Translations under genes and position numbers: made by a program | In this document: in pieces, positions 1-9,858 of the stretch | How the letters are laid out: each line of letters begins with the position of its first letter | Position numbering within the stretch: the first letter of the stretch is position 1 | Source of the DNA: a virus | Length of the DNA stretch: 64,000 bases | Direction: 5' to 3' (one strand) | IMG/VR virus record: IMGVR_UViG_3300049484_000260 | Location: 2,806-66,805 of that record | Notes under the pieces: model-generated | Databases searched by the model: none | Told to the model about the DNA's origin: nothing | What the model saw: only the letters and a program-made list of their open reading frames with translations

Positions 1-138
1 CTCTATAGCGATCTGTGCAGTGATATTCGATTCCTGTACAGCTTTGGCATAATCCCCGTATGAGGAGACACACCCGGAGGTGGTGATTAGGGAAGTTATG
101 GCCGCGAGTGGGAGTGCTACGGTAAATTGTATCTTCAT
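1..138 (-). CDS. Lipoprotein, 3'-truncated by window edge (possible spanin or other lysis-module lipoprotein)
   Basis: Manual translation from ATG at 138: MKIQFTVALPLAAITSLITTSGCVSSYGDY...; basic N-terminus, hydrophobic stretch and lipobox TSG-C; frame stays open to position 1. Confidence 0.6.
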   Translation of the reverse strand, partial: MKIQFTVALPLAAITSLITTSGCVSSYGDYAKAVQESNITAQIAIE

Positions 139-160
139 GGTATCTTACCTTGGTTAGAGT

Positions 161-589
161 TCATCCTAAAAATAATGATACCTTATTTACCAGCCAAGGA
201 GCAAGAAAAATATTTATAAAAGTGAGTAGGCCGATGACAATAGTGGCATAAATCCCTATCTTAATTTTCAGCTCCTTATAGTCCTCTATTATATCTAATA
301 ATTTAGATTCGTCACATTTCTGAACCCAGTTAGACAGTTTACTAATTTCATTTCGTAGTTGCTGGATATCCCCGCTAAGGTCGCTGATCCTGCTTTCAAA
401 TCGATTAAGGTCTTCTTCTACACCAGATACAGCCCTCGATAATGATTCTTTTACTGACTCAGAGAGAAGAGAGTTAATGCTTAGGTTAGAAGAAACCTTC
501 TTATCAAGTTCATTTATTTTAGTGATAAGATGATCACGTCTCTCTTGACATAATTCATGACTGAAAGCCGACTCAGAGATTGCCATCAT
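161..589 (-). CDS. Coiled-coil protein with C-terminal transmembrane helix (holin/XhlA-like candidate)
   Basis: Heptad-rich body then IGIYATIVIGLLTFINIFLAPWLV; located at the distal end of the tail module. Confidence 0.45.
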   Translation of the reverse strand: MMAISESAFSHELCQERRDHLITKINELDKKVSSNLSINSLLSESVKESLSRAVSGVEEDLNRFESRISDLSGDIQQLRNEISKLSNWVQKCDESKLLDIIEDYKELKIKIGIYATIVIGLLTFINIFLAPWLVNKVSLFLG

Positions 590-990
590 TTCTCCTTAGA
601 GCAAATTGCATGAACCCATTTCCTCATCTTATGCAGAAACTTAGTCTTAAAGTCAGCAGAGCCGATATTAAAGAAATCATACGCGCCACTAAGTACGGCC
701 GAAAGATGACTAAGCTCACTCCCTCCATGACAGTATGCAAATAGTGGGACATTTAGCGACTGTATCTTTTTAAGAGATACCTTTATACTTTCGCATTTTA
801 GGTTAAGTGATGTTAAGATAATATCAACTGTCTGTAGGTTTGAGCAGGTTAGTGTAGCTATCGCCTCCTCCTCAGATGATGTACATATTATCCTACTAAC
901 TTCGAGAGAATATAGGAGAGCACAAATATTATCTCTCCTGATAATATTATCATCAACAACAAGAACCAACAAATCACGAACCTCGCACAT
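586..990 (-). CDS. Stand-alone CheY-like receiver domain, atypical (pseudo-receiver)
   Basis: VLVVDDN acidic pocket, SEEEAIATL, DIILTSLNL (phospho-Asp position is Ser), AVLSGAYDFF; conserved Lys-Pro missing. Confidence 0.75.
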   Translation of the reverse strand: MCEVRDLLVLVVDDNIIRRDNICALLYSLEVSRIICTSSEEEAIATLTCSNLQTVDIILTSLNLKCESIKVSLKKIQSLNVPLFAYCHGGSELSHLSAVLSGAYDFFNIGSADFKTKFLHKMRKWVHAICSKEK

Positions 991-1682
991 TAGTAAAATG
1001 GGGTCTCCTTACCCTCGCATAGAACCCAAGATGGAGACTCAAGAACAACACCACCTACTCCTAAGAATGCCGTATTCGCTTTCGGCCCAATCTCAATCGT
1101 GTCATACGGGGCGCATATAGCTAAACCACCACCCCCAGAGAATATACTTGACAATCTAAAATCAACAAACAGCCTCCCGTGGAGGTCTGGGGGTACTGGA
1201 GGGAGCCTACCCACTGGTTCGTTGGTTCTAAGTAATAAATCATTAACAGATTCATATTCAAATCGCAACACCTCGACAACCTCTGAACCGGTTATCGCTC
1301 TCTTAACTGAAAATACCAGCGGGTTTTCAGACGATAGCATCACATTCTCAGGAAATCTTGCCGACAGCTTTTCGAGATAAAGGATACAACTTTGTGAAGG
1401 AGCGAGGATATAGGTAGAACCTCCTGACCCCCATGAGGAAGAATTCCCAAAATCATGTGATGCGTCTCTTACATTAGTAAATGCTACAGGAGCATTTGCG
1501 TAAGGTAATGCTCTTGCTACTTCAGGGTGTGTGACTCTTTCACGGCACCTCATCTGTATTGACTCTGAGGCTTGAAGGTATAGCTCTACAAATTCCTCAT
1601 ATTGACTCGAAATGAAGAAAGGTAGGTTTGCAGACCGTCGATATGAAAAGAATACTTCAGGAGTTACGTCTATAGTGCTCAT
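990..1682 (-). CDS. Hypothetical protein
   Basis: 230 aa ORF, tightly packed in the operon. Confidence 0.6.
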   Translation of the reverse strand: MSTIDVTPEVFFSYRRSANLPFFISSQYEEFVELYLQASESIQMRCRERVTHPEVARALPYANAPVAFTNVRDASHDFGNSSSWGSGGSTYILAPSQSCILYLEKLSARFPENVMLSSENPLVFSVKRAITGSEVVEVLRFEYESVNDLLLRTNEPVGRLPPVPPDLHGRLFVDFRLSSIFSGGGGLAICAPYDTIEIGPKANTAFLGVGGVVLESPSWVLCEGKETPFY

Positions 1683-1686
1683 GTTT

Positions 1687-2565
1687 TTAATTGTTCGTAT
1701 ATCCTAATATACTGACTGTAAAACTATCAAGTCCTGTAAGATCATCAGAGACAACAGCCTCTATTCTATCCTGCGTCCCCCTACCAAGCCGTATGCCTTC
1801 AGGGATCAGCGATCCTACCGGAATGGTAATTATGGTCGCATCCTGATTAGGTGCCCAGTTAGTGATTTCCCATGACTTGATGTCGTTCCCGAATCCAAAG
1901 TAACCTCCTGACTGTACTATAATGCTCCCTATTGTCTTAGCTTTATGTATTATATATGATGACACTCCAGAGTCTTTCATTATAAGTGAAAATCCATGCC
2001 CAAGAGGGGATAATTTACCAAATAGATTATGAGCTACATTAAGATCGGCGACAAGAATAGTTATTGATGTTATATGTATATCTCTATCAGGAAGAGCTGA
2101 ACAATAAAATATAGACGGAGTAGATGACCCATTTACATTCATATTAGTCCCTATAGAACCATACTGAATCCCCCCGTTAATAGATAATGATAATGAAAGG
2201 TACCTACGACGATTGCTCGTTCCTACAGGTGGAAGTGAATTAACAACATTTACAGATAATGGTGTGTTTACTGATCCGAGGCCCTCATCTATAGATAATG
2301 CTGTTACATTATCTGAGTACAGATAAATCTGTAATACGTCAGAACCACTCATCCCTGATGTGCTGCAATCAAGTACGAGAACCCCATTAGAAAATGTCCC
2401 TGAGTATGCAGGGTCGTTGAATGAGTATAGCTGTTCTTTTTTAGTGATATTTGTTATTAGCAGAATTTTCTCTGCGCCGACAGGCCCTGATTGTGACGGC
2501 CATGAATTGAACACCACCTTACCTTCGGCGGGAATGAATGTGTAGTCGCTAAATAGTATATTCAT
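1687..2565 (-). CDS. Putative virion structural protein
   Basis: Likely start MNILFSDYTF at 2565 (TAATG overlap with upstream stop); beta-rich; YTF...ILLITNIT...LQIY pattern typical of phage structural proteins. Confidence 0.55.
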   Translation of the reverse strand: MNILFSDYTFIPAEGKVVFNSWPSQSGPVGAEKILLITNITKKEQLYSFNDPAYSGTFSNGVLVLDCSTSGMSGSDVLQIYLYSDNVTALSIDEGLGSVNTPLSVNVVNSLPPVGTSNRRRYLSLSLSINGGIQYGSIGTNMNVNGSSTPSIFYCSALPDRDIHITSITILVADLNVAHNLFGKLSPLGHGFSLIMKDSGVSSYIIHKAKTIGSIIVQSGGYFGFGNDIKSWEITNWAPNQDATIITIPVGSLIPEGIRLGRGTQDRIEAVVSDDLTGLDSFTVSILGYTNN

Positions 2566-2807
2566 TAACCAAGTGCTATAATTAAGGCTATGTCTTTTGG
2601 CGCGAACTTTCCAGCTACAGCTATCCATCTGTGCGCGGGGTGGTGGGTGTTAAGTACGCTTCTCCCATTTGCAGCTCTGCCAGACTCCTTATATTTGTAG
2701 AGCGTGTCTGTCTCAGACACAAAGCATACTTCACCGTGTCGTCCACCAGACGCAGCTTCGGACACGGTTGCAAAATTCATACCACTTATCTGCCATTGAG
2801 ATAGCAT
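2565..2807 (-). CDS. Small tail-associated protein
   Basis: 80 aa; GEVCFVSETDTLYKY resembles the N-terminal module (GDxCxV) of the Kelch proteins. Confidence 0.55.
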   Translation of the reverse strand: MLSQWQISGMNFATVSEAASGGRHGEVCFVSETDTLYKYKESGRAANGRSVLNTHHPAHRWIAVAGKFAPKDIALIIALG

Positions 2808-2814
2808 GATTTTA

Positions 2815-2832
2815 GGGCCGGTCTCCCGGCCC
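2815..2832 (-). promoter_or_regulatory. 7-bp GC hairpin with GAGA (GNRA) tetraloop between genes
   Basis: Minus strand GGGCCGG-GAGA-CCGGCCC, perfect stem, no U tract. Confidence 0.5.
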
Positions 2833-2837
2833 GTACA

Positions 2838-3734
2838 TCAGATGTTGGCGGGGACTGTGACGGTGAACACGTCGCCGACCTCCATAGGTACGGAGATGTG
2901 GTATGTGCTGCCTGAATCCCAGAACACTCCACGATTTTTGACCAGCTCTTCCCCATTCAGAGAGATTACAATCCGATGATCGGACATAAATTCCCCATTT
3001 GTAGCTCCGATGCTGGAAATCGTGTCACCAGTAGCCGCCGGTGTTGCCGCACCCGCTGTTGCACCAGCACCGGTAGGCAGACTGATCACTTCATTCTTCA
3101 GGTACCGGGTAGTCACTTCATAGTCACAGCTCAGAGGGCGAGGCTGGCTCATCACCACATCCTGCTCCGGCGAAGAACCCTCAACCTTCAGTGCAGGCTC
3201 ATGGCGGAGCGCGGTGAGTCTGGGAAATGCGATCTCGATAGTGTCTGTGATGGAGACGAGCTGTAAGCTACCATCAGCCGCCCGCACGACAAAAGCGACC
3301 TGCACATTCTCACTGCCCGCCGCACCGATGGCGGTGCCGTCGGCGGCTGCAATATCGGCCTGCACCAGGCCAAACACCTTGCGACCGGCGACGGTAATAG
3401 GGTCGTTGGTGGTAGCCTGTCGCAGCTCACATTTGTTCCCCACAGAGTCATATCCCGCAAGAAAGAAAGCTGAAGCCGATGCAGTGCCGACGGCACCGGG
3501 TAGGGCAGCCGCCACAAATCCACCTGTGGTCTCCTGTGAGGCCGACCCGACGGCAAGGGTACCTGAGATGACCGCGCTGGAAATCAGTGCGAACTGCCCA
3601 TTGACGGCGATCCCGCCCTCAATAAACGCGCCAGAGCTGATAGTGCGTTTGTTCATAAAATCGTAGTGAGTAGGATAGTTTCCAGTCCCTTTTGCATCGC
3701 TACCCCGAAGGGCGATCTGGTGATCAGACAGCAT
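2838..3734 (-). CDS. Putative structural protein (Ala/Gly/Thr rich)
   Basis: 298 aa; GC-rich codon usage like the capsid gene; C-terminal ISLNGEELVK...GDVFTV module shared with the neighbouring gene. Confidence 0.6.
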   Translation of the reverse strand: MLSDHQIALRGSDAKGTGNYPTHYDFMNKRTISSGAFIEGGIAVNGQFALISSAVISGTLAVGSASQETTGGFVAAALPGAVGTASASAFFLAGYDSVGNKCELRQATTNDPITVAGRKVFGLVQADIAAADGTAIGAAGSENVQVAFVVRAADGSLQLVSITDTIEIAFPRLTALRHEPALKVEGSSPEQDVVMSQPRPLSCDYEVTTRYLKNEVISLPTGAGATAGAATPAATGDTISSIGATNGEFMSDHRIVISLNGEELVKNRGVFWDSGSTYHISVPMEVGDVFTVTVPANI

Positions 3735-3743
3735 AGAACACTC

Positions 3744-4220
3744 CTATGAAATAATTTCGAGGATATCCCCGTTTTCAGTTGCCAGTGTTAGAAGAAAAGA
3801 ATACAGAGATGTCCACAGCACTTCAACACCTTTCACCTGCTTAGTGCCATTAAGGTATATCTGAACTGCTTCATCTGTATAAAATATATCAGGAGATGGT
3901 CGTAAATTTCCGTAATCCCTGCTTCTGATATATGAAGTACCATGCGAATCAAGGAAAAACTCAGAACCAGCAGGAGAATGCTCAATGACACTAAGTACCG
4001 TAGTCATCGTTGGGCCGTTCCCTATCATGACTCCAGGCCAGGCCTTCACCTCAACTGAAACTCTCTTTCGCAGGTCAACGGCATGGACGATCCTCTCGTT
4101 CAGGAGGGTCTTTAATGGGGATGTATTTATGGTTATAGGGTTAGGCTTAGTCCCAACACAGCGACCTCCTATAACATTTATCGAACGTCGTCCCCCTATT
4201 TCAACTATTTCGTAGCTCAT
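3744..4220 (-). CDS. Putative structural protein
   Basis: C-terminal IYLNGTKQVKG...GDILEI module similar to that of 2838..3734. Confidence 0.55.
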   Translation of the reverse strand: MSYEIVEIGGRRSINVIGGRCVGTKPNPITINTSPLKTLLNERIVHAVDLRKRVSVEVKAWPGVMIGNGPTMTTVLSVIEHSPAGSEFFLDSHGTSYIRSRDYGNLRPSPDIFYTDEAVQIYLNGTKQVKGVEVLWTSLYSFLLTLATENGDILEIIS

Positions 4221-4585
4221 GGTAATATTGAGTTAGATTGGGTGACATCGGCCTGCACCTCAACGGTGTCATCTTCCCCAGGGCGCGGCCACACAGTTAT
4301 TACCTTCGCGTCCGAAGTTACGAACTGTACATCATAATAATACTTCCCTGGAATCAAAAGGCTCGTGAGTGCCGCAGGGACAGACATCTCCAGTAGTCCT
4401 TGCGGAGCTGACGGATTGTCATGGATACGCACAGAATGCTGCAATGCTCCAGGGTCAGGGTCACCAAGGTCTGACTTCATTGTGAATGTAAGGACACCAT
4501 CGGCGTATGTTGGACGACCGTCATACGTAATGAAGAACCCTATCTCCAGCGTATCTCCTCTCCGCATTACACCATTCTCAAACAT
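4217..4585 (-). CDS. BppU-N-like baseplate/Ig-like protein
   Basis: RRGDT start, FTMK, PGKYYYDVQF pattern typical of BppU N-terminal-like domains. Confidence 0.6.
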   Translation of the reverse strand: MFENGVMRRGDTLEIGFFITYDGRPTYADGVLTFTMKSDLGDPDPGALQHSVRIHDNPSAPQGLLEMSVPAALTSLLIPGKYYYDVQFVTSDAKVITVWPRPGEDDTVEVQADVTQSNSILP

Positions 4586-5088
4586 CAGATCACTCCTAAA
4601 GAGATGGAGACCTCACCGCTGGTTGGGGGGTTATAAGTTACAAGCACGCCCACACACCCTAAACAGGGTACGGTGGTGAAGCTGCGATAAATGCCGTTTG
4701 AGTCACTCGAAGTCGGGGAATTTACCACTCCAGTGTATAGCGGTATCTGTACACCATCTTTAGATTTACCCCACACGATTATAGATACCGATGCTTGATC
4801 TGAGAAGCAAATCAGAATAGCAGCTTTCGACCTTCTAACAGAGAAGGTAATGTCAGTCTCTCCACCATCTCTTGTGAAAGGGAGTATCTGATCGAATACG
4901 AGTTGATTTTCACATACTGTGGTAAGCTGTAATGTACTATCCTCATCTCCAGTAGTGCAGGCGAACGGGACAGGGAGACCAGACCGAGCATCTTTCACAA
5001 ACACTTCTGGGACTTCGGTCACACCTGAAGGAGATGACTGATATGCTGTAGTGGGGTTCCATATTGCAGGTTCTCGATTAGTCAGCAT
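4585..5088 (-). CDS. Hypothetical protein
   Basis: 167 aa ORF, overlapping start/stop with neighbours. Confidence 0.55.
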   Translation of the reverse strand: MLTNREPAIWNPTTAYQSSPSGVTEVPEVFVKDARSGLPVPFACTTGDEDSTLQLTTVCENQLVFDQILPFTRDGGETDITFSVRRSKAAILICFSDQASVSIIVWGKSKDGVQIPLYTGVVNSPTSSDSNGIYRSFTTVPCLGCVGVLVTYNPPTSGEVSISLGVI

Positions 5089-5707
5089 CGGACACCTCCT
5101 GATACGTTCTTTTAGAGATTACACCAGAGGTGTAAAGTAGGGAGACCCCTTCTTTAATCTCCTTACTTTTCAAGGATACATTTTTCCGAGCGTTAGTCTC
5201 AGACACGAATTTAATAATCCTCTCATCAGAACTTGCGAATACGGTATTACGTTCCGTCTCAGAGAATAGCAACCAGAAATCTTCTGGACTTGCTGCCTTG
5301 GGGAAATACGCACGACCACGTTTTAGGTGGAAATTTCCCTTTAACGCGACTGATACGGCGGCTACAGAAGCTGACTCTTTATACCTCTCGAACTGGGGAG
5401 AGAACTCTGAGACATTTTGAGCTACATCCCCACTGTCTGTATGATGTAGAATCTCAATATCCTTCCCTTCCTTCCGAATTACAGCGATTACCCCTCCCTT
5501 TTTTTTCACGTCCTTGAAAAAGTTTGATTGATACCGATGGTTATACAGATTTACCCCGTTTACAACAGGCTCATCCATGTTCAGAGGAACAACCTCAACA
5601 CCATCTATGGCTGATGATGTGATAGCCGCGACATCAACCTTAGATACCATATCTTCTATGGTCTTATGTGATGCTTTCATCCTTAATGCAATCTTTCCGA
5701 TCATCAT
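5078..5707 (-). CDS. Hypothetical protein
   Basis: 209 aa ORF, coupled to neighbours. Confidence 0.55.
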   Translation of the reverse strand: MMIGKIALRMKASHKTIEDMVSKVDVAAITSSAIDGVEVVPLNMDEPVVNGVNLYNHRYQSNFFKDVKKKGGVIAVIRKEGKDIEILHHTDSGDVAQNVSEFSPQFERYKESASVAAVSVALKGNFHLKRGRAYFPKAASPEDFWLLFSETERNTVFASSDERIIKFVSETNARKNVSLKSKEIKEGVSLLYTSGVISKRTYQEVSDAD

Positions 5708-6918
5708 TAGTCCTCAATTAGTAGATTTTCTGTTATTGGCTTTATCTCCACAACCCTCTGACTATCTGAGGTGATGACTGAGATAGTTCCTGTATCTTCA
5801 TTATATGTCACTCCAGGATATACATGGTCATACGACATTGGATGATGGCACAACTCTCCGAATGTTTTTGTGACTGGATCGAAGTAAACTATAAGAAGAG
5901 TTCTTAACCCGGTGGTGTCATCCATCAGAAGGAAGAGGAATTTCCCTAATGTTTTGTGGAATAGTGTAGTATATGCTAATTCTTCAATCCCTGCCGGGAA
6001 GTAGTCTGGTACTGAGGTGTCCCAAGTCTTCGCCACCGTGTCGTATACCAGCGTCTTTATAGGGTCTATACCACTAAAGATATATAATTTGTCTCCTATA
6101 GCCGCACCGAATGCCGCGCTTACGTGATAAGGAAGTGTCCCCTCAAGCACATAGGCTCCAGGGGTTCCTGGGTTAATATCTAACATAGGGTCATATTTAT
6201 ATATGTCGAGATATGAAACATCACCCCCGCCAAATAAATATACAAAACCACCACATAGTACAGCAGCAGCATCACTGCGACTGGGGCCAGGGATAGAAGT
6301 TGGTGTGTTTCTCCAGTATGAATTCCGTACAATCCATACCCAAACACTGTTAGTTGATGTGTTGAATAAGTAATATATCCCGTTATCATAGCATCCGCAC
6401 GGCTGTACTGACGGAGCAGGGTAGTTAGTGTAGTAACTGACGGCATTACAGGATGTAAGGTCGCACCGACCAATGTAGGTGTATGATAGGAATTTTTTTA
6501 GAGCATACGCCATATTGTCGCAGGTGAACGATAATGGGTAGTTAAGCTGCGGGAAATACCCACTACGGTATTTTTGGGCGTAATATAGCCCTGACATAAC
6601 TCGTGAAAACCCTATAGGTGAGTCCTCAGATACCCTAACAGCCTTTATGGATTCACATTCAGTATTGTCAACAACAAATGAACATTCCCAGACAAAATCT
6701 CCCCCAGAGGTCATAACAATGGTATATGGAGGGTCTGCTATCGCTTCCTTCTTCCTGGCGATATACACTGATGATGGCCCCCCATCAGGGATTACGAAGC
6801 ACATGTCACCCCCTCTGACGGGAATCCCTGACATGTCTCCGAAGATATCTAAATGGCTCACTTCCTCTAAAGAATTAGCACCACTCAAACTTGTTTTATG
6901 TATTATAGAATTTTTCAT
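5707..6918 (-). CDS. Kelch-repeat beta-propeller protein (tail/receptor-binding candidate)
   Basis: PSRSDAAAVLCGGFVYLFGG, IYKYDP, AIGDKLYIFSG, LVYDTVAKTW Kelch motifs. Confidence 0.75.
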   Translation of the reverse strand: MKNSIIHKTSLSGANSLEEVSHLDIFGDMSGIPVRGGDMCFVIPDGGPSSVYIARKKEAIADPPYTIVMTSGGDFVWECSFVVDNTECESIKAVRVSEDSPIGFSRVMSGLYYAQKYRSGYFPQLNYPLSFTCDNMAYALKKFLSYTYIGRCDLTSCNAVSYYTNYPAPSVQPCGCYDNGIYYLFNTSTNSVWVWIVRNSYWRNTPTSIPGPSRSDAAAVLCGGFVYLFGGGDVSYLDIYKYDPMLDINPGTPGAYVLEGTLPYHVSAAFGAAIGDKLYIFSGIDPIKTLVYDTVAKTWDTSVPDYFPAGIEELAYTTLFHKTLGKFLFLLMDDTTGLRTLLIVYFDPVTKTFGELCHHPMSYDHVYPGVTYNEDTGTISVITSDSQRVVEIKPITENLLIED

Positions 6919-8141
6919 ATCTTTTCTATGTAGTATGGGTTATCCTCTGAAATAAGACCATGAAAATAATCACTACCTTTATTAAGACCGAATGCCCAGA
7001 TAGTCCCTACCCCCTTGTAATACAAGGGAACGCTCCCATATAGCATATCTCCAGGAACAGATAGTTTATGACGTGACCATACTCTTGCCTCTATATCAAG
7101 GATGAAAACATCACTGTAAAATGATGGAACGATAAGTGAATTAGTTTTAGTGTCGAAATGACCACACCACCACCACCATATCTCACCAGGAAAGTTAGGG
7201 AATGTCTCCCATGAGTCGGAGCAGATATCATATTTATACACAGAATTGGAGTTTTCGCTAATGAAGTATATATGCAATGAATACAGGTCTGGTATGCAAA
7301 CTCCACCATCGACGAACCCAGGAGCATCGGCTATACGGGTAACTACACCAGTAATAACATCGACCTTAACCCCTATTGCTGTAGCTGCATCATTCCCCCA
7401 CCATCCATAAAAGTAATTACCAACCTTAATGGCGAACCACGGGTACCCATCGTACCCAATAATGTCTTCCCATGAAGAATACCCACCAGTGAACTGAAAC
7501 GGTACTGTAGATGCTTCTTTCGCTATAACATCAAACCTTTTAAGTGTAAGAGAATCACCGCAGAAATCTACTATATAGTTAGAACTACCTGCATCAAGGG
7601 TGCAATGACCTGGAGTGTACCACATTTTTTCTGTATTAGATATAGTCTCTTCAGTATATTCTCCTGTACTTAAATTCCAAATACACAATGTTCCAGGATA
7701 TACGACATACATCATACCCCCTATTACACCAGTCCCGCTCCAACTGTAATTTGTAGTCCCTGGAGTGTCGTAAATCTGGAGGGACATAAGAGAGTAAGGA
7801 ACACTACCACCAATGAACCCCGCAGGGGGCACCTTTGACCCGCCGAGGAAGAGGAACCTGTCACCAGAGATAGCGGACACCTTATTTCTCGAACGTCCGC
7901 AGCAGGCCCAGTAGAATGATCCAGGATTTTTTGCAGGTACGACCACCATGAAGCCACTATCCACCACCCCTACCCCCTCCTTGAGGACATAGAAGGCGAT
8001 AGCTCCTAAAGCATCTGCGACCACAGCCCTGTCCCCCACGGATAAGGGACGACCAGTCCCGTCCCCTATGGAGTCAAGAGGGTCTATCATCTTTAGGGAA
8101 TCAGGAAGGGTGAATAGTGTGCTGCATGAGAACAGATTCAT
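6915..8141 (-). CDS. Kelch-like beta-propeller protein
   Basis: VYKYDICSDSWETFPNFP, FILDIEARVWS, VTRIADAP; N-terminal module shared with paralogues. Confidence 0.65.
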   Translation of the reverse strand: MNLFSCSTLFTLPDSLKMIDPLDSIGDGTGRPLSVGDRAVVADALGAIAFYVLKEGVGVVDSGFMVVVPAKNPGSFYWACCGRSRNKVSAISGDRFLFLGGSKVPPAGFIGGSVPYSLMSLQIYDTPGTTNYSWSGTGVIGGMMYVVYPGTLCIWNLSTGEYTEETISNTEKMWYTPGHCTLDAGSSNYIVDFCGDSLTLKRFDVIAKEASTVPFQFTGGYSSWEDIIGYDGYPWFAIKVGNYFYGWWGNDAATAIGVKVDVITGVVTRIADAPGFVDGGVCIPDLYSLHIYFISENSNSVYKYDICSDSWETFPNFPGEIWWWWCGHFDTKTNSLIVPSFYSDVFILDIEARVWSRHKLSVPGDMLYGSVPLYYKGVGTIWAFGLNKGSDYFHGLISEDNPYYIEKI

Positions 8142-9337
8142 CTTATTTTCCTCATCCTAAAGGAAGGGGTGACCTTTATAAGCCTATAAGAGGGGTCATA
8201 GCGGTCGTGGACAAAGTACACACCATCACCTACGGCACACGCGGCACATAAATATATAGGCGAATATTTAGGTAAGAAGCCTACAGACGAGCGCGTAGCC
8301 CCTGTAGAAGGGTCGAGAAAATACCCATCTATGTCATTAAAAACACAACATTCACCAGTAACAGTGTCCCACACCGCCGAAGTGGGGGCACCACCCTCAG
8401 TACATACTGTCAGCCCTGAAAGGGTGTACAGCAGGGTGAATGTCTCAGCTACCGGATCAAAAGAGTACACTGTATTATTTGTAACGAGTACCAAGAATTT
8501 ACCAGGTCGTGTTATATCTGGTATAACTGCGTTAGGGGACTGTGGGAATGTAAATATAATCCCGCTCCATGTGTTTGTACTAATGTTGTACCTGTACACT
8601 GGGTATGGGGTTCCATACGGGTACGTGTAAATTGAGAAAAAAAATAGCTTTCCACTTTCCTGTGAAGCGTCTATAAATAATGCCGTAGATGCGTAATTAT
8701 ATGGAATAGGTGATTTAGCAGCGTATGACATTACCCCTGTCACTATATCGAACACTGAATGACTTTTATCGTCCCCTATTAGATGAATCGTCCCAGTGTC
8801 TTTTGCTATACATCTCCCATTGTTGCACAGTTCAGTGTTCCCGTCAGGGAGCGTCCCTACCGGGTATAAGGTTGTCTCCCCCGTGCTAAGATTTAGTTTT
8901 GTTATGTTTGTAGTTACAATCCAGACATTGTCGTCAATTTTGTCACAGGAAAACCCTTGATATAGGCTGGGCCACAATTCTCGCACTGCCCCACAGCTAC
9001 GGATAAATGGAGGGTTAATACTCACAACCTCCCACAGGGGGGTGGGTGACGCGATAAGACCATCTTGCTCCAACCCCGCAGGGACACCACCGCTGAAGTA
9101 TCCATTGGAGACCATGTTCCATTGAATTCTACCATCATAGCTTCCTACTGAAGATGGGAGTGATGTAATAGGGTAATCAGTGATATGAGCAGAAAAGAAG
9201 CAGATGTCATCATTGTTCTCCCCTCCACTAAGAAGGCACAAGTCCCCTTCCATAATTACCCTTTTTGGGTGGAGCCTTTTAATGGATTTTAGCTCGTGGA
9301 AAGACGACACTGTGAATGTGGCTATTTGTGTGCTCAT
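8138..9337 (-). CDS. Kelch-like beta-propeller protein
   Basis: VYRYNISTNTWS, VYSFDPVAETFT, VGDGVYFV; shared N-terminal module (EGDLCLL). Confidence 0.65.
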   Translation of the reverse strand: MSTQIATFTVSSFHELKSIKRLHPKRVIMEGDLCLLSGGENNDDICFFSAHITDYPITSLPSSVGSYDGRIQWNMVSNGYFSGGVPAGLEQDGLIASPTPLWEVVSINPPFIRSCGAVRELWPSLYQGFSCDKIDDNVWIVTTNITKLNLSTGETTLYPVGTLPDGNTELCNNGRCIAKDTGTIHLIGDDKSHSVFDIVTGVMSYAAKSPIPYNYASTALFIDASQESGKLFFFSIYTYPYGTPYPVYRYNISTNTWSGIIFTFPQSPNAVIPDITRPGKFLVLVTNNTVYSFDPVAETFTLLYTLSGLTVCTEGGAPTSAVWDTVTGECCVFNDIDGYFLDPSTGATRSSVGFLPKYSPIYLCAACAVGDGVYFVHDRYDPSYRLIKVTPSFRMRKIR

Positions 9338-9858
9338 AGGACTTTCATCACTGGTGAAGTGTCTTGATCTCTACTGAAGAGTGCGCGGAATGAAAACGTT
9401 AGAGACTTCCACGTCTCTGAATTGAACGGGAACTTTGAAGTAACCTGTAAATCAACAGCAGGGAAGATAACAGGGGTGTTCCCTAACAGATAATCAGGAT
9501 ACCATATCAGTGATCGTGTCACCGCTTGTAGATCAGATATATTTATTACTGATGCTCCATCAATAGAATCATCACATAAAAGCCAAATTCTCTGAATTAG
9601 GTGCCGTGTAATAGACTCGCACACAAATCCTCCAGTCCAGTTTACACTCCTTATTACTCCAGATGTTGATGGGACTCGTATCATCCTACCTACCGCGTCT
9701 TTTATGTAGATGTCTCGATGCTGTGTCACTATGTCAGCCCCAGCCTCAAAATCACGAACATATCCAAGATGAATCTCTTCAGTAGAATTTATACTGTTTT
9801 TAATCTTTAAAACCCCGCCACCTAAGCAGAGTGTGTTAGGAAGAGATGGGGCACTCAT
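9334..9858 (-). CDS. Tail tube-like paralogue (minor tail protein)
   Basis: LCLGGGVLKI...HLGYV start and WKSLTFSFRAL end mirror the tail tube (YTLGKGSLYL...HLGNC; WSTLSLMFEVL). Confidence 0.55.
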   Translation of the reverse strand: MSAPSLPNTLCLGGGVLKIKNSINSTEEIHLGYVRDFEAGADIVTQHRDIYIKDAVGRMIRVPSTSGVIRSVNWTGGFVCESITRHLIQRIWLLCDDSIDGASVINISDLQAVTRSLIWYPDYLLGNTPVIFPAVDLQVTSKFPFNSETWKSLTFSFRALFSRDQDTSPVMKVL

